Under the pieces are notes generated by a model. The model searched no databases, was not told the DNA's origin, and saw nothing but the letters and a program-made list of their open reading frames with translations. Shown here in pieces: positions 1 to 8,924 of a DNA stretch of 13,211 nucleotides. Made by a program: the position numbers and the translations under genes. Origin of the DNA: Candidatus Heimdallarchaeota archaeon. Its GTDB lineage: Archaea; Asgardarchaeota; Heimdallarchaeia; Heimdallarchaeales; Heimdallarchaeaceae. Position 1 is the first letter of the stretch, and every line of letters starts with the position of its first letter. Where the stretch lies: positions 1 to 13,211 of the forward strand of contig JAHLWR010000040.1 of assembly GCA_019057815.1 (NCBI GenBank), read 5' to 3'.

Positions 1-18
1 ACCGCTGGTTTATTAGAA

Positions 19-278
19 GTTACCACCTCCTCTTTTGACGGAGCTAGAATGTAACTTCTTCAAGCTTGAGCTTGAAGAAAGAGTTGCTGCTGTTACCACC
101 TCCTCTTTTGACGGAGCTAGAATGTAACCTTTTAAAAAGGGAAAGAACCATCAAAAACGATCTGGAGTTACCACCTCCTCTTTTGACGGAGCTAGAATGT
201 AACGAATAGAGACTCTTTTCTTCAAGTCAAACTCGGACTTGGTTACCACCTCCTCTTTTGACGGAGCTAGAATGTAAC
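19..278 (-). CRISPR. CRISPR array 1 (leader-proximal end; continues left of the window): 4 identical 37-bp repeats, 3 complete spacers (36, 38, 38 bp)
   Basis: Repeats at 19-55, 92-128, 167-203 and 242-278. Minus orientation inferred from the leader lying to the right, degenerate repeats at the left end of array 2, and the minus-strand stem CUCC(G)UC-AAAA-GAGGAG followed by exactly 8 nt (GUGGUAAC), matching the Cas6 8-nt 5' handle rule. Confidence 0.97.
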
Positions 279-462
279 CGCGGGGATTCTGGTTCTAGTA
301 AACGTTTTATCAGTTTTCACTTTCACCTCGTATACTAGTTGTAGCGTACGCTATTTTCTCTTTCTCCCTCATTCTTAAAGTTTTTGCTGTTTCTCGAGCT
401 CTAGCATTTTTTCTCTTTTTACGTTACTTCGTTTAAGGCTCTAAGAAAACGTTTTTTATTGT
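279..462 (-). promoter_or_regulatory. CRISPR leader of array 1 with archaeal-type BRE/TATA candidate
   Basis: Non-coding AT-rich gap between the cas2 stop and the first repeat. Minus strand reads CAAAAAC-TTTAAGAA at about 372-386. Motif blocks are shared with 10526-10690 at near-identical offsets. Confidence 0.8.
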
Positions 463-741
463 TCATATTATTGTTATTGTTTTCTTCTCCCATGTTTTTT
501 TCTTTCCTATTGTTGTACTTTTTATTAGACAATTGTTACATATTGTAACTATTCCTATTGAATCTTCACTTCCTATTTTTATCATTTTCAATTCTTTCTC
601 TATCTCTTTTCTTGCTTTTTTTTCTAATCTTCCTCCATATACACTATATTGTATTCTTTCCATTCCAAAATATCTACATATTTCTAATGCTTTATTTCTC
701 TGTTTGTCCTCACTTATGTCATACATTACTATATATTGCAT
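463..741 (-). CDS. cas2: CRISPR-associated endonuclease Cas2
   Basis: 92 aa with YIVMYDIS start and RIQYSVY motif; overlaps the end of cas1. Confidence 0.95.
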   Translation of the reverse strand: MQYIVMYDISEDKQRNKALEICRYFGMERIQYSVYGGRLEKKARKEIEKELKMIKIGSEDSIGIVTICNNCLIKSTTIGKKKTWEKKTITII

Positions 742-1738
742 TCCTTTCTCCTTTTTCTCTTTTTGGTCTGTATCCTTTGTATCTTTCTTCTTTTTTTATC
801 GCTCTAATTAGTTTTATTATTTGCTTTTCTATTATTTTTCTCCTTGGTATGCTTTTTTCTTCATATTCTTCCTCCTCTTCTAGTTTTTTATAAATAGCTC
901 CTACATATTTTTTCTTTAGTTCTTCGTTTATTAAGCATTTGTTTCCCTTTGTTATAAAGTGCTCATTCTTTATCTCTTGTTGTTTTATCATCTTTACTAC
1001 TATACTATCTATTATTGGTTGTCTAAATTCTTCTATTATATCAAAAGCTAATGATTTTCTGTTTCTGTATGTTTTATGATATATTCCCTGATAGGGATTT
1101 AGTCCTTTCCTTATTATCTCCTTTTCTATTTTATTTACTATGATCACATATCCATAGCTTAATAATGCATTTATTGGGTCTGTTGCTGGATATTTTTTTC
1201 TTCCTCTGAATTTCAGCTCATTTGGGAACCATTCCTTTAGCTGTTGAAAATACTTTTGTGTTACATTCCCCTCTATTCCCATTATTGAATTAATATTTTT
1301 CAGTCCCTTTAATTTAGTAATTTGACTCTTACAGAATTCTGTTGTTTGTTTCATTGAATCTGTTTTTTCTATCTTGTTAATTAGCCATATTTTATTGTAA
1401 ATACTTGTTTTTACTATCTCCTTTGCTATTCGTGTTTTTAGCTCGTCACTCATCATTATTTGTTTAGCCCATAGTTTAGGTATTTTTGATTTAGAATCTA
1501 TTATGTGATACATTTCTGTATAATTTTGTATGACTATTGCCTTTTTGTGATCCATAACTAATTTTATTGCTCCAGTTGATATCACTGCTTGACAATCTAT
1601 TATTAATGAATTAAAAGTTATAGGGGAAACTAATTGTGTTTCATATTCTTTTTTCCCTATAGGTCTTCTTACTTTTATTAGTCTCCCTTTTCTTGTGATT
1701 TTTGTTCCATGTGTTAATATGAACAAATCTGAACTCAT
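719..1738 (-). CDS. cas1: CRISPR-associated integrase Cas1 (stand-alone, no RT or Cas4 fusion)
   Basis: 339 aa; motifs MGIEG, DPINALLSYGY, GIYH and LAFDIIEEFRQPIIDS with catalytic E/H/acidic residues present; GGAGG RBS. Confidence 0.96.
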   Translation of the reverse strand: MSSDLFILTHGTKITRKGRLIKVRRPIGKKEYETQLVSPITFNSLIIDCQAVISTGAIKLVMDHKKAIVIQNYTEMYHIIDSKSKIPKLWAKQIMMSDELKTRIAKEIVKTSIYNKIWLINKIEKTDSMKQTTEFCKSQITKLKGLKNINSIMGIEGNVTQKYFQQLKEWFPNELKFRGRKKYPATDPINALLSYGYVIIVNKIEKEIIRKGLNPYQGIYHKTYRNRKSLAFDIIEEFRQPIIDSIVVKMIKQQEIKNEHFITKGNKCLINEELKKKYVGAIYKKLEEEEEYEEKSIPRRKIIEKQIIKLIRAIKKEERYKGYRPKREKGERNAIYSNV

Positions 1739-1747
1739 TTTACCCTC

Positions 1748-3058
1748 CTACAACATTTGATCTAATTCAAATGTAATATCATTTTCAAGATCTTTAATAG
1801 TAAACTTCCATGCTTTTTCAATTACAAATGAAACTTTATTATTGATTATTGGCCCTCTTACGACCCCTCCTCTTGCACTTGTTGCTCCTGTAATCATTTT
1901 TATTCCTTGAAGTTGTTCTAGAATTGTTTGCAAGTCTTCTTCTACTATATTATCAAATAGTATAAATGTCTTAAGAACTGTCCCTTTCGGAATATATTTG
2001 GTCTCATTAACTTTTGTTTTTGGTATTGCATCTGTAACAATAATTTTTGATCTTCCTCCACTTTGTTTAATACTACCAAATATTTTTTCTATCCAATCAG
2101 AGCGTTTTCCTTTGATTTTCTTCATTTTATTTCTAAGGAACCCTTTTATTACTGAACCTGGGATAACTGGTTCTCCTCCAAGTGTCACAGATTCTTCTTC
2201 TATTCCTTTTAATGTGAATTTACTTTCTGTTTTTATGTTCATTTCTGCAACAATACAACCATTCAAGGAATCATCTGTAGCTCTATGATATACTCGAAAA
2301 TCTTTCCATTCATCAAAATAGCTGCCAGTTTTCTTTTCTACCAAGTAAGAATGCATTTTTTTTAGGTCAGTTCCAATTTTAAATATTTCGTAACCTATTA
2401 CTTCATTTTCTTCGTATTTAAGTTCTCTCTTATATACTTCAGTATTGATTCTTACTGCTCCATTACCTCTAGAAACTCCTCCCCCTATAAATGCTCTTTT
2501 TAAATTAAACTCATTGAAAGTTAGAAGGATGAGAGCTAACTCTTCTTTAGTTGGTTTAGTTTGGAAATCTATCTGGAAAACGAATTTAGAAGGATTGATA
2601 ATCTCCTCGGGGTAAAATCTATTGTGCTCACTATTGTGGTGAGGTCTCTCACTTACCATGCTGTATTTTTCCGCTTCTTCAACTGGATATGCGGATCTTA
2701 CTATTACATTAGATTGGCTAGTTTCAGAACCGAACAACCGACATCCTAGACATTTCCCACAAGTCTTTTTCTCTTTTCTGTCATCTATAATCTGACACAC
2801 GAAAAAACCAAATGTTTTGGCAATCCTTTCAAAAGTAGCTCGAAAAACACCTTTTAGTGAGCTTCCTGGGATAAAAGGATAATAACTACCATCTTGACTA
2901 TTGTAATCTAACAACACTGGTGCAGCAGCAGATATAGAATATTCCACTACTTCATTTCTCGATCTTCCTATCCGGAGAGGACCTTCTAAAATAATTTCTC
3001 CTATTATGAAGTATTGACCCTTAAAGGTACTATAGTCTATCGTCTCAGTGAGATTCAT
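1748..3058 (-). CDS. Type III RAMP protein with two Cas7-group domains (Cas7-Cas7 fusion; possibly Csm5-like capping role)
   Basis: Domain 1: LRIG, PFIPGSSLKGVFR, CGKCLGCRLFG, IGGGVSRGNG. Domain 2: PVIPGSVIKGFLR, IFGS, divergent G-loop. ATG at 3058 preferred over GTG at 3064 on RBS spacing. Confidence 0.88.
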   Translation of the reverse strand: MNLTETIDYSTFKGQYFIIGEIILEGPLRIGRSRNEVVEYSISAAAPVLLDYNSQDGSYYPFIPGSSLKGVFRATFERIAKTFGFFVCQIIDDRKEKKTCGKCLGCRLFGSETSQSNVIVRSAYPVEEAEKYSMVSERPHHNSEHNRFYPEEIINPSKFVFQIDFQTKPTKEELALILLTFNEFNLKRAFIGGGVSRGNGAVRINTEVYKRELKYEENEVIGYEIFKIGTDLKKMHSYLVEKKTGSYFDEWKDFRVYHRATDDSLNGCIVAEMNIKTESKFTLKGIEEESVTLGGEPVIPGSVIKGFLRNKMKKIKGKRSDWIEKIFGSIKQSGGRSKIIVTDAIPKTKVNETKYIPKGTVLKTFILFDNIVEEDLQTILEQLQGIKMITGATSARGGVVRGPIINNKVSFVIEKAWKFTIKDLENDITFELDQML

Positions 3059-3854
3059 TTTCACTCACTTTTCTAAATTTTTTTAATGTAGTTTGCCATT
3101 CTTTGAGAATAAGATCTAGTTTCTCTTGCTCTTTACATTCGAATTTCCATGTCATTGAGCGATCAGATTCTTTTTTATTATCAAATTCAAGTATTATTGT
3201 TCCTCCTGTAGATTCAAGGTAATCATTTGCAGTAAAAGATCTGACATTGTTAACAATTAACAGAACTTCTCCAAATCCTCTTGATGTTCCTCCTCCTAAA
3301 GATCTATTAGTGTTATTAAAGAAATTCACCATTGAAAGGAAAGCACCTAGTTTAGCATATTTGTGGTTATTAATTTTAGGATTCTCAATCATTATTTCTC
3401 CGTCAAAAATCGTTCCTTTTGGCACAACCTCTATCTCATATTTTGCTCCAGTTATTGCTTTTCTTGTTTTCCTACTTATCGCAACACCATCTCTAATTAG
3501 TGTTTTACTCGATTGAGCTAAAAAATCCTTAACACGTATCGAAGATGCTTGAGTTCCTCCAAATAAAAGACATGATAAGCATTTACCACATGGTTGACGT
3601 GAAGTTTCTAAATCGCAAACTTTTAGATCATTATTCTTCAACATATCAGATAACGAATTCAACAACCTATCATTATCACAACGTAACACACCCTTCAAAC
3701 TTGAACCAGGGATGAATGGTGTTCCATCCGGAGCTTTTATCACAGCTTTATCTATTTCTTGGGGTGCTGTAGTTGTGCTCATTCCTATGTGTAAGCTTGA
3801 AATAGCAACAACTTGTATGTTAATAATTATTCTTTCATCTAATTTCTCAAACAT
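3045..3854 (-). CDS. csm3: Type III Cas7 backbone RAMP (Csm3-like RNase)
   Basis: 269 aa; LHIG followed by EID (D35, the Csm3 catalytic Asp position), PFIPGSSLKGVLR, C..CGKCLSC zinc-site candidate, thumb hairpin, LGGGTSRGFG loop. Confidence 0.88.
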   Translation of the reverse strand: MFEKLDERIIINIQVVAISSLHIGMSTTTAPQEIDKAVIKAPDGTPFIPGSSLKGVLRCDNDRLLNSLSDMLKNNDLKVCDLETSRQPCGKCLSCLLFGGTQASSIRVKDFLAQSSKTLIRDGVAISRKTRKAITGAKYEIEVVPKGTIFDGEIMIENPKINNHKYAKLGAFLSMVNFFNNTNRSLGGGTSRGFGEVLLIVNNVRSFTANDYLESTGGTIILEFDNKKESDRSMTWKFECKEQEKLDLILKEWQTTLKKFRKVSENESH

Positions 3855-3856
3855 TT

Positions 3857-4396
3857 TTATCTTCTCCTTTGATAATCTTTTCTTGTTCCACTTTTTGCTT
3901 TGTTATACCATTTTATGATTTTATCATTTATATCTGTAGGAAAAGGTTCATTAATTATAGCAAATTCAGTTTTTAGCATTCTTTTGACAGCATCATTAAT
4001 TTCAGTTTCAGATATACTTGAAAATATACTCACTAGAGAATCCATTGTCCAAGATGCATAACCTGTTAGATAATGCAGTTGTTCGATTTCATGTTTGTAA
4101 TCTGAATTAGGTTGGGCATTATTTTCAATATCTTGAATAGCTTTAAGAAGTGGAGTGAGAAAATCAGTATCTCCAATATGAAGTCTTGAACGAGGTAAAG
4201 AATAGGTCGCATATTTAATGAAATGTAGAAAAGAAGCTTTGGGGTTGTCAAATTGGCGTAAAGCCATACCTAGATTTTTTATTTTTGTACGACTATCTAT
4301 ATTAAATTCATTTTTATATTTAGAATATTTTAGTTTTGTCTTTAGAACTAGACTATAACTATGTTTTAAGATTCTAGCAAGTTCTTCTTCTTCCAT
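3857..4396 (-). CDS. Small alpha-helical protein, putative Cas11/Csm2-like small subunit (paralog B)
   Basis: 179 aa, no RAMP motifs, tightly coupled within the operon (GGAGG RBS), alignable to the neighbouring 145-aa ORF. Function inferred from position and size only. Confidence 0.6.
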   Translation of the reverse strand: MEEEELARILKHSYSLVLKTKLKYSKYKNEFNIDSRTKIKNLGMALRQFDNPKASFLHFIKYATYSLPRSRLHIGDTDFLTPLLKAIQDIENNAQPNSDYKHEIEQLHYLTGYASWTMDSLVSIFSSISETEINDAVKRMLKTEFAIINEPFPTDINDKIIKWYNKAKSGTRKDYQRRR

Positions 4397-4834
4397 TTAT
4401 TTAACCTCCTTAATTCCTATTTTGTTTAAGAGTGATAATATTTCTGAAACATCAATCTTTTCCGCTTGTAAAGTTCTTATAAGAAGATTGTTTTGTCTGC
4501 TTTTTAGAACAACATCAATAAATGATATATTCCACAAAAGATAGCGGAAAAATAAATTTAACCATTTATCTTTTTTACTTTTTTCTTCCATTAATAGAAG
4601 TAGATTGTCTTCAAATTCAGTGTTTTTCCTCCAAAGTTCATCTTGAGGAGGAGTATAAGCAGAAGCGATTGATTTCACAAGTGTGATCATATTTGTCTTC
4701 CCAACACATGAAGAAAAATCACGTATTCTTTTATTTGAATATAGTTGATATTCACCTTTCTTATCTAGTTTAAAGGTTTTTATTGCTAACTTCCATGAAG
4801 TTCCGTTTAATTCTTGAAGTTTTTCATATTCCAT
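4397..4834 (-). CDS. Small alpha-helical protein, putative Cas11/Csm2-like small subunit (paralog A)
   Basis: 145 aa, abuts both neighbours (TAAATG junctions), GGTGA RBS. Function inferred from context. Confidence 0.6.
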   Translation of the reverse strand: MEYEKLQELNGTSWKLAIKTFKLDKKGEYQLYSNKRIRDFSSCVGKTNMITLVKSIASAYTPPQDELWRKNTEFEDNLLLLMEEKSKKDKWLNLFFRYLLWNISFIDVVLKSRQNNLLIRTLQAEKIDVSEILSLLNKIGIKEVK

Positions 4835-5866
4835 TTATTCACCCCAAAAATATATATCTCCATAACCCATATGAGTTTTTTCTCCAAGTCCAACTGTTGA
4901 TAATATTTGTTGTAATTTGTCAGTTATTTCAATTTCAGCTGTGCTACCAGCAATAATTGCTGGTTCAAGTACATCCAACCTACTTTTTCCTTTAATCGTC
5001 CACCCTCTTGCGACTACTGATTTAAAAAATTGTTTTTCTATTTTTAATTCTTTTATCAAGGTTGAATTTTCACCAAGTATTTCTAAAGATTTTTTAATAT
5101 AATTCAAGATAATCTCGGTAACAAAACCTATAAAATTCTTTTCACTATTCTTATGAAAAATAATCTCTGAATTAGCAACTAACCATTTACCTGTTGGCAA
5201 TTCTGCCATCCAATCTTTTATTGGAATTGTTGTCACATTATTGAATTGGATAATACCAAAACCTTTGCTTCTAAATCCTCCTAATCCATAAAATTCTCCT
5301 GCATCATTCAATATTTCCACTACCTTTAAAGAATAATCTGAATCACATACAATACGAAAAACAAACGAGTATCCACGATTAATACTTTCTATATTGTAAG
5401 GTTTAAGTGTATGTTCAGCAGTTGAATGCGTTTTTCTCTCTATTGGTGCATGAGTGGAAATTGTAGTAGTTAATAAGATTTTATCTAATATAGATTGAAG
5501 TTGAAGATTTTCTTTTAAAGCAATTCCAGAAGTTTGAACAGTTTCATTCAAACACTCTAAACACAATTTTTCTTTTGTTATTTTTTTACATTTCTTACAA
5601 ATGCTCACATTCAGGGGAATAGAAACACCATTATTTGGCATTCCTGGTTTAAAAAGTATTTTTGTTTCTAATGGAGAATCTGCTTCAATTTTGATTTCCT
5701 TAAAAAGCTCTTTATCATTATGAAAAAGGAAATTTCCAATCATTCCACGTAAAGCCCTTCCTGGTATGTACTTAAGTGTAGGTCTAAAGTTCCCCATTTT
5801 TTTTCCTGATCCTAGATGGAGAGGAGAGTCATTTACGATTTTACCAGTTATTATATCCCAAGGCAT
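4835..5866 (-). CDS. csx10: Cas5-group RAMP, Csx10-like (type III-D)
   Basis: 343 aa; SPLHLG, YIPGRALRG, CKKC..CLEC, internal GLGGFRSKGFG and C-terminal GLGEKTHMGYG loops (the two-G-loop architecture of Csx10). Confidence 0.8.
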   Translation of the reverse strand: MPWDIITGKIVNDSPLHLGSGKKMGNFRPTLKYIPGRALRGMIGNFLFHNDKELFKEIKIEADSPLETKILFKPGMPNNGVSIPLNVSICKKCKKITKEKLCLECLNETVQTSGIALKENLQLQSILDKILLTTTISTHAPIERKTHSTAEHTLKPYNIESINRGYSFVFRIVCDSDYSLKVVEILNDAGEFYGLGGFRSKGFGIIQFNNVTTIPIKDWMAELPTGKWLVANSEIIFHKNSEKNFIGFVTEIILNYIKKSLEILGENSTLIKELKIEKQFFKSVVARGWTIKGKSRLDVLEPAIIAGSTAEIEITDKLQQILSTVGLGEKTHMGYGDIYFWGE

Positions 5867-5868
5867 CG

Positions 5869-6411
5869 TTATCTAACCTCCACATTTTTTACTTCAATTG
5901 AACATCCTCCTAAACCTCTGGAACGGTTTGAACCAAAACCATAATGTGCAGCAGATTGAATAGCTCCCATCAATAGTTTTTTTTCATTATTAGTCAAGGA
6001 TTGTTTGCAAAGTATTCTCCCTTTAAACTTCGTTCCTGGAGGAATTAGAATCATCTCAAAAAGTGATTTTTTTGAATGAGAGAGAGAACTTCTAGAAATA
6101 TGCAGTCCTGTTTTTGTTATTGTTCTTATATCCTTATTTATACACAATAAGTCTGCAAAACGTAATTTGGGTTCAAGAAATTCTTCATCTTCCTTATCTT
6201 TTTTTCCAAATAAAAAGGTGATTTGATTATCATTTAATAAGAGCGATTTAACTATCCTTTCAGCTTCACAACGGATAATTCCTTTTACTTGAGAACCAGG
6301 TATGAACACTTTTCCTTTACTGTTTCTAATAACATCTATAAGATTACCTCGACGTACACCTTGACTATTGAAAAATGATGTCAAAGTTAGTTGTATCTCA
6401 TAAATTTCCAT
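5869..6411 (-). CDS. Short Cas7-group RAMP (Csm3 group)
   Basis: FIPGSQVKGIIR, LFG, LRFADL, FGSNRSRGLG. ATG at 6411 has GGTGA 5 nt upstream (the ORF track starts at GTG 6420). Confidence 0.88.
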   Translation of the reverse strand: MEIYEIQLTLTSFFNSQGVRRGNLIDVIRNSKGKVFIPGSQVKGIIRCEAERIVKSLLLNDNQITFLFGKKDKEDEEFLEPKLRFADLLCINKDIRTITKTGLHISRSSLSHSKKSLFEMILIPPGTKFKGRILCKQSLTNNEKKLLMGAIQSAAHYGFGSNRSRGLGGCSIEVKNVEVR

Positions 6412-6412
6412 G

Positions 6413-8845
6413 TTAATCACCTATAACTGGCATGATATCTTTTACTACTTCTCGTAAATTTTCATTTACAACAAATTCTGCTAAATATTCACAAAACTTT
6501 ACATTAGTAATGTCCTTACCTATAGCTGAAAGATATTGAACAGCTTTCTCAATAGTTTCTCTGTGTTCCATTCTTGCATATAAGAATTTTACAGTGTTAA
6601 GTTGGCTTTCAGTATTTTCAGAACATGAAGCGATTATTTCCAGAAGTGATTTTGGAAATTTGTATGTTTTTTTACTATCTTTAGATTTGTATGGTCTAAT
6701 AGCATAATTTAGAATATTCTTGATTTTAATGAAATTATTAATTGGTTCTTGATAATTCAAAATAAAGTTGTGTGATCTGATAGCTGGCATAGCATTAAAA
6801 ACACTAGTTAAGCTTATTGCTCCATGCGGGAGCATAAGTGTTTTATGACTATCAATTTTGGTATTATTACGGAATTGTTCTTTAGCATTTTTAAGATTTT
6901 CAAATGCTTTTTCAAGTAAGAAATAAATTGGAAACTTGTAGTTACCGAATGCTGCTCCTACTGAAAGTGTTATCATAGCACGAGAATGTTCCCACCCTTC
7001 TGTTTTTAGAGAAGATTCAAAGCTAAAAGCAGTATAGATATTTTCACATAGTTTATCAACAAACTCTAAAGCTATATCTGATTTAGTAATAATTAAGAGG
7101 TCATCTCCACCTACATAAAGAACTTCAATTCCAAGAAAATCATCTTCTGAAGAACTTTCCTCTTCAATTGGTGCTCTTGTAGTGATTTCCGAGAGATTTT
7201 TTTTAATAATATCTTTTATAGTTTTAACTAAAGTTTCACGGATAGTTATGTCAACACTTGATGACCTATATGAATAGTCACTTATGGTATTTATCTGTGA
7301 AAAGAACCTCCCCACCATATTACCATCAATAGCTAACACAGCAATATTTTTACCAATTTGTCTTAATTCTCTGGCAGGTTCAAGACTATATTCCTTTCGT
7401 AATAACTCGAGTTCATACTGAACATCGTTTTCCTTCTGATATTCCCTTTTTTTAATTAATGAAGGAATATCATGTCTATATTTTCTTCCGCGTTTAATTT
7501 TTTGGTGACATAAAGAACAATAACTTTCTTCTTTAGACTCAGATGAAACTTCTAATTCGTAACATGAAGAACAAATTCTATTACTCGGAATATGCGAGGG
7601 TTTCGGTGTATCATATGGACTATTTTTGATTTTTGGGAGTTCTGTAATATAAATATCATAGAGAATATCACCGAAGTTCTTCATTAGTTTTTGTACGGTA
7701 TTTTCCTGAATAACACAAGCAACCTGAAGAGATCCATCAAAAACTTGATGGCAATAAGTTTGGATTTTTTCTTTAATTTGCTCTCCTATTTCTTGATCAG
7801 GAATAAAAGCCAAAACACTCCCCCCACCTTGAAAAATAACTGTTTCAGGACAAACAAATTCGGCTATTGTATCACTAATATACTCTTCTAAATCTTGAAT
7901 TAACAGACTCCCACCACTGAGTCCTGCTAGTTTTCTGGTACTCATAACAAATTTTTGTATACCCATAATATCTGCTACAAAAACACAGATATTATCAGGA
8001 AGAGAAATAGTAGAACCAATATAATATGACAGTGATGATTGAGTTGTTATATCTTCTCCTATGAGGAGATAATTGCCTTTAACGGGTTCTAGTTTAGATA
8101 TTTCTAACTTTAAAGAAGGGTTGTTAGGAGAGAGAACGTACTGTCCAATTCTAGTCTTTATAATATGAGGGAAAAATTGATCTGTTGAAAGAAACTCAAT
8201 ATGTGTAGCTTCTTCAAACTTTGAGGTTTTATTTCCTTGAGAATCAAGTAAAGTAATAACAATATCTCCTTGACGGTCGGTTGCAGAAGCTATAGAAACA
8301 GCTCTAGCTACAAGTTTTTCTAATTCTGAAACAGGTTCATATTTGGAATAGGCAGGACCAGTATGATGTCGAGAAGCTAATTTGACTAAATCAGCAAAAT
8401 CACTTTCAGCAAAAAACGATTTTTTAAGAGAGAGAAGACGATCTTTGACAGAAATAAGAAAATCTATAATACCTTTGACATGTTCAACACCCTTCCCTAA
8501 GTGAGAAACTTTACCTATATCGTGAAGTAAAGCACCAAGACGTAGAAGACAAACTTGACGATCAGATAATCCCATTCTGACAGCAAGACATGTAACTATT
8601 GCACTACTATTTTTAAGATGACTGAAAAGAGAGAAAGAAGGAATACGAGTATCTGCAGGGATAGAACTTAGGTCAGTAAGAAGGTTAAGAGAATGATACA
8701 AAAAATCAGCAAAATCACGTAGTGAAGTGGAAGATCGCAGAGAATCAACTAAACGATCAGCAATACTGTGCAAAAGTGAAGAAGATTGAAAGTCACAAGG
8801 AAGACGTTCCTTGGTAAACCAATTGACAATTCCCTCATACGACAT
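6413..8845 (-). CDS. cas10: Type III large subunit Cas10 (HD domain, two Palm domains, intact GGDD)
   Basis: 810 aa; PADTR..SLFSH, LLHDIGK, RHH, ADIMGIQKFV, FQGGGS, CSSC..CSLC, IDGNMVG, YVGGDDLL, LSVG..FPIY. Confidence 0.95.
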   Translation of the reverse strand: MSYEGIVNWFTKERLPCDFQSSSLLHSIADRLVDSLRSSTSLRDFADFLYHSLNLLTDLSSIPADTRIPSFSLFSHLKNSSAIVTCLAVRMGLSDRQVCLLRLGALLHDIGKVSHLGKGVEHVKGIIDFLISVKDRLLSLKKSFFAESDFADLVKLASRHHTGPAYSKYEPVSELEKLVARAVSIASATDRQGDIVITLLDSQGNKTSKFEEATHIEFLSTDQFFPHIIKTRIGQYVLSPNNPSLKLEISKLEPVKGNYLLIGEDITTQSSLSYYIGSTISLPDNICVFVADIMGIQKFVMSTRKLAGLSGGSLLIQDLEEYISDTIAEFVCPETVIFQGGGSVLAFIPDQEIGEQIKEKIQTYCHQVFDGSLQVACVIQENTVQKLMKNFGDILYDIYITELPKIKNSPYDTPKPSHIPSNRICSSCYELEVSSESKEESYCSLCHQKIKRGRKYRHDIPSLIKKREYQKENDVQYELELLRKEYSLEPARELRQIGKNIAVLAIDGNMVGRFFSQINTISDYSYRSSSVDITIRETLVKTIKDIIKKNLSEITTRAPIEEESSSEDDFLGIEVLYVGGDDLLIITKSDIALEFVDKLCENIYTAFSFESSLKTEGWEHSRAMITLSVGAAFGNYKFPIYFLLEKAFENLKNAKEQFRNNTKIDSHKTLMLPHGAISLTSVFNAMPAIRSHNFILNYQEPINNFIKIKNILNYAIRPYKSKDSKKTYKFPKSLLEIIASCSENTESQLNTVKFLYARMEHRETIEKAVQYLSAIGKDITNVKFCEYLAEFVVNENLREVVKDIMPVIGD

Positions 8846-8890
8846 GAGTTAGCACATCACTACAATAACATTCATGTAAAGAAAATCAAC

Positions 8891-8906
8891 TATTTAAAGT
8901 TTCCTC
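8891..8906 (-). promoter_or_regulatory. Archaeal BRE-TATA promoter of the cas10 operon
   Basis: Minus strand GAGGAAAC-TTTAAATA about 45 nt upstream of the cas10 ATG, with an RBS-like GTGAT about 10 nt before the ATG. Confidence 0.7.
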
Positions 8907-8924
8907 AAATCACTCCCTTCACTA

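Noticed and set aside
19-278. Plus-strand transcription of the arrays (repeat ending AATGTAAC resembles common handles)
   Set aside because: Leader position, trailer decay, stem-plus-8-nt geometry and G-U-preserving variants all favour the minus strand.
533-7891. Short ORFs overlapping cas genes (533-811, 558-893, 1998-2288, 2561-2749, 3247-3516, 3712-3918, 4066-4251, 4917-5102, 7691-7891)
   Set aside because: Antisense or out-of-frame shadows of well-supported genes; the hydrophobic, membrane-like look of the + ORFs comes from the T-rich strand.
6413-8845. Type I-D (Cas10d) or III-A/III-B assignment
   Set aside because: No cas3, GGDD is intact, and Csx10-like plus several Csm3-group RAMPs fit III-D better than the Csm2-5 or Cmr1-6 sets.
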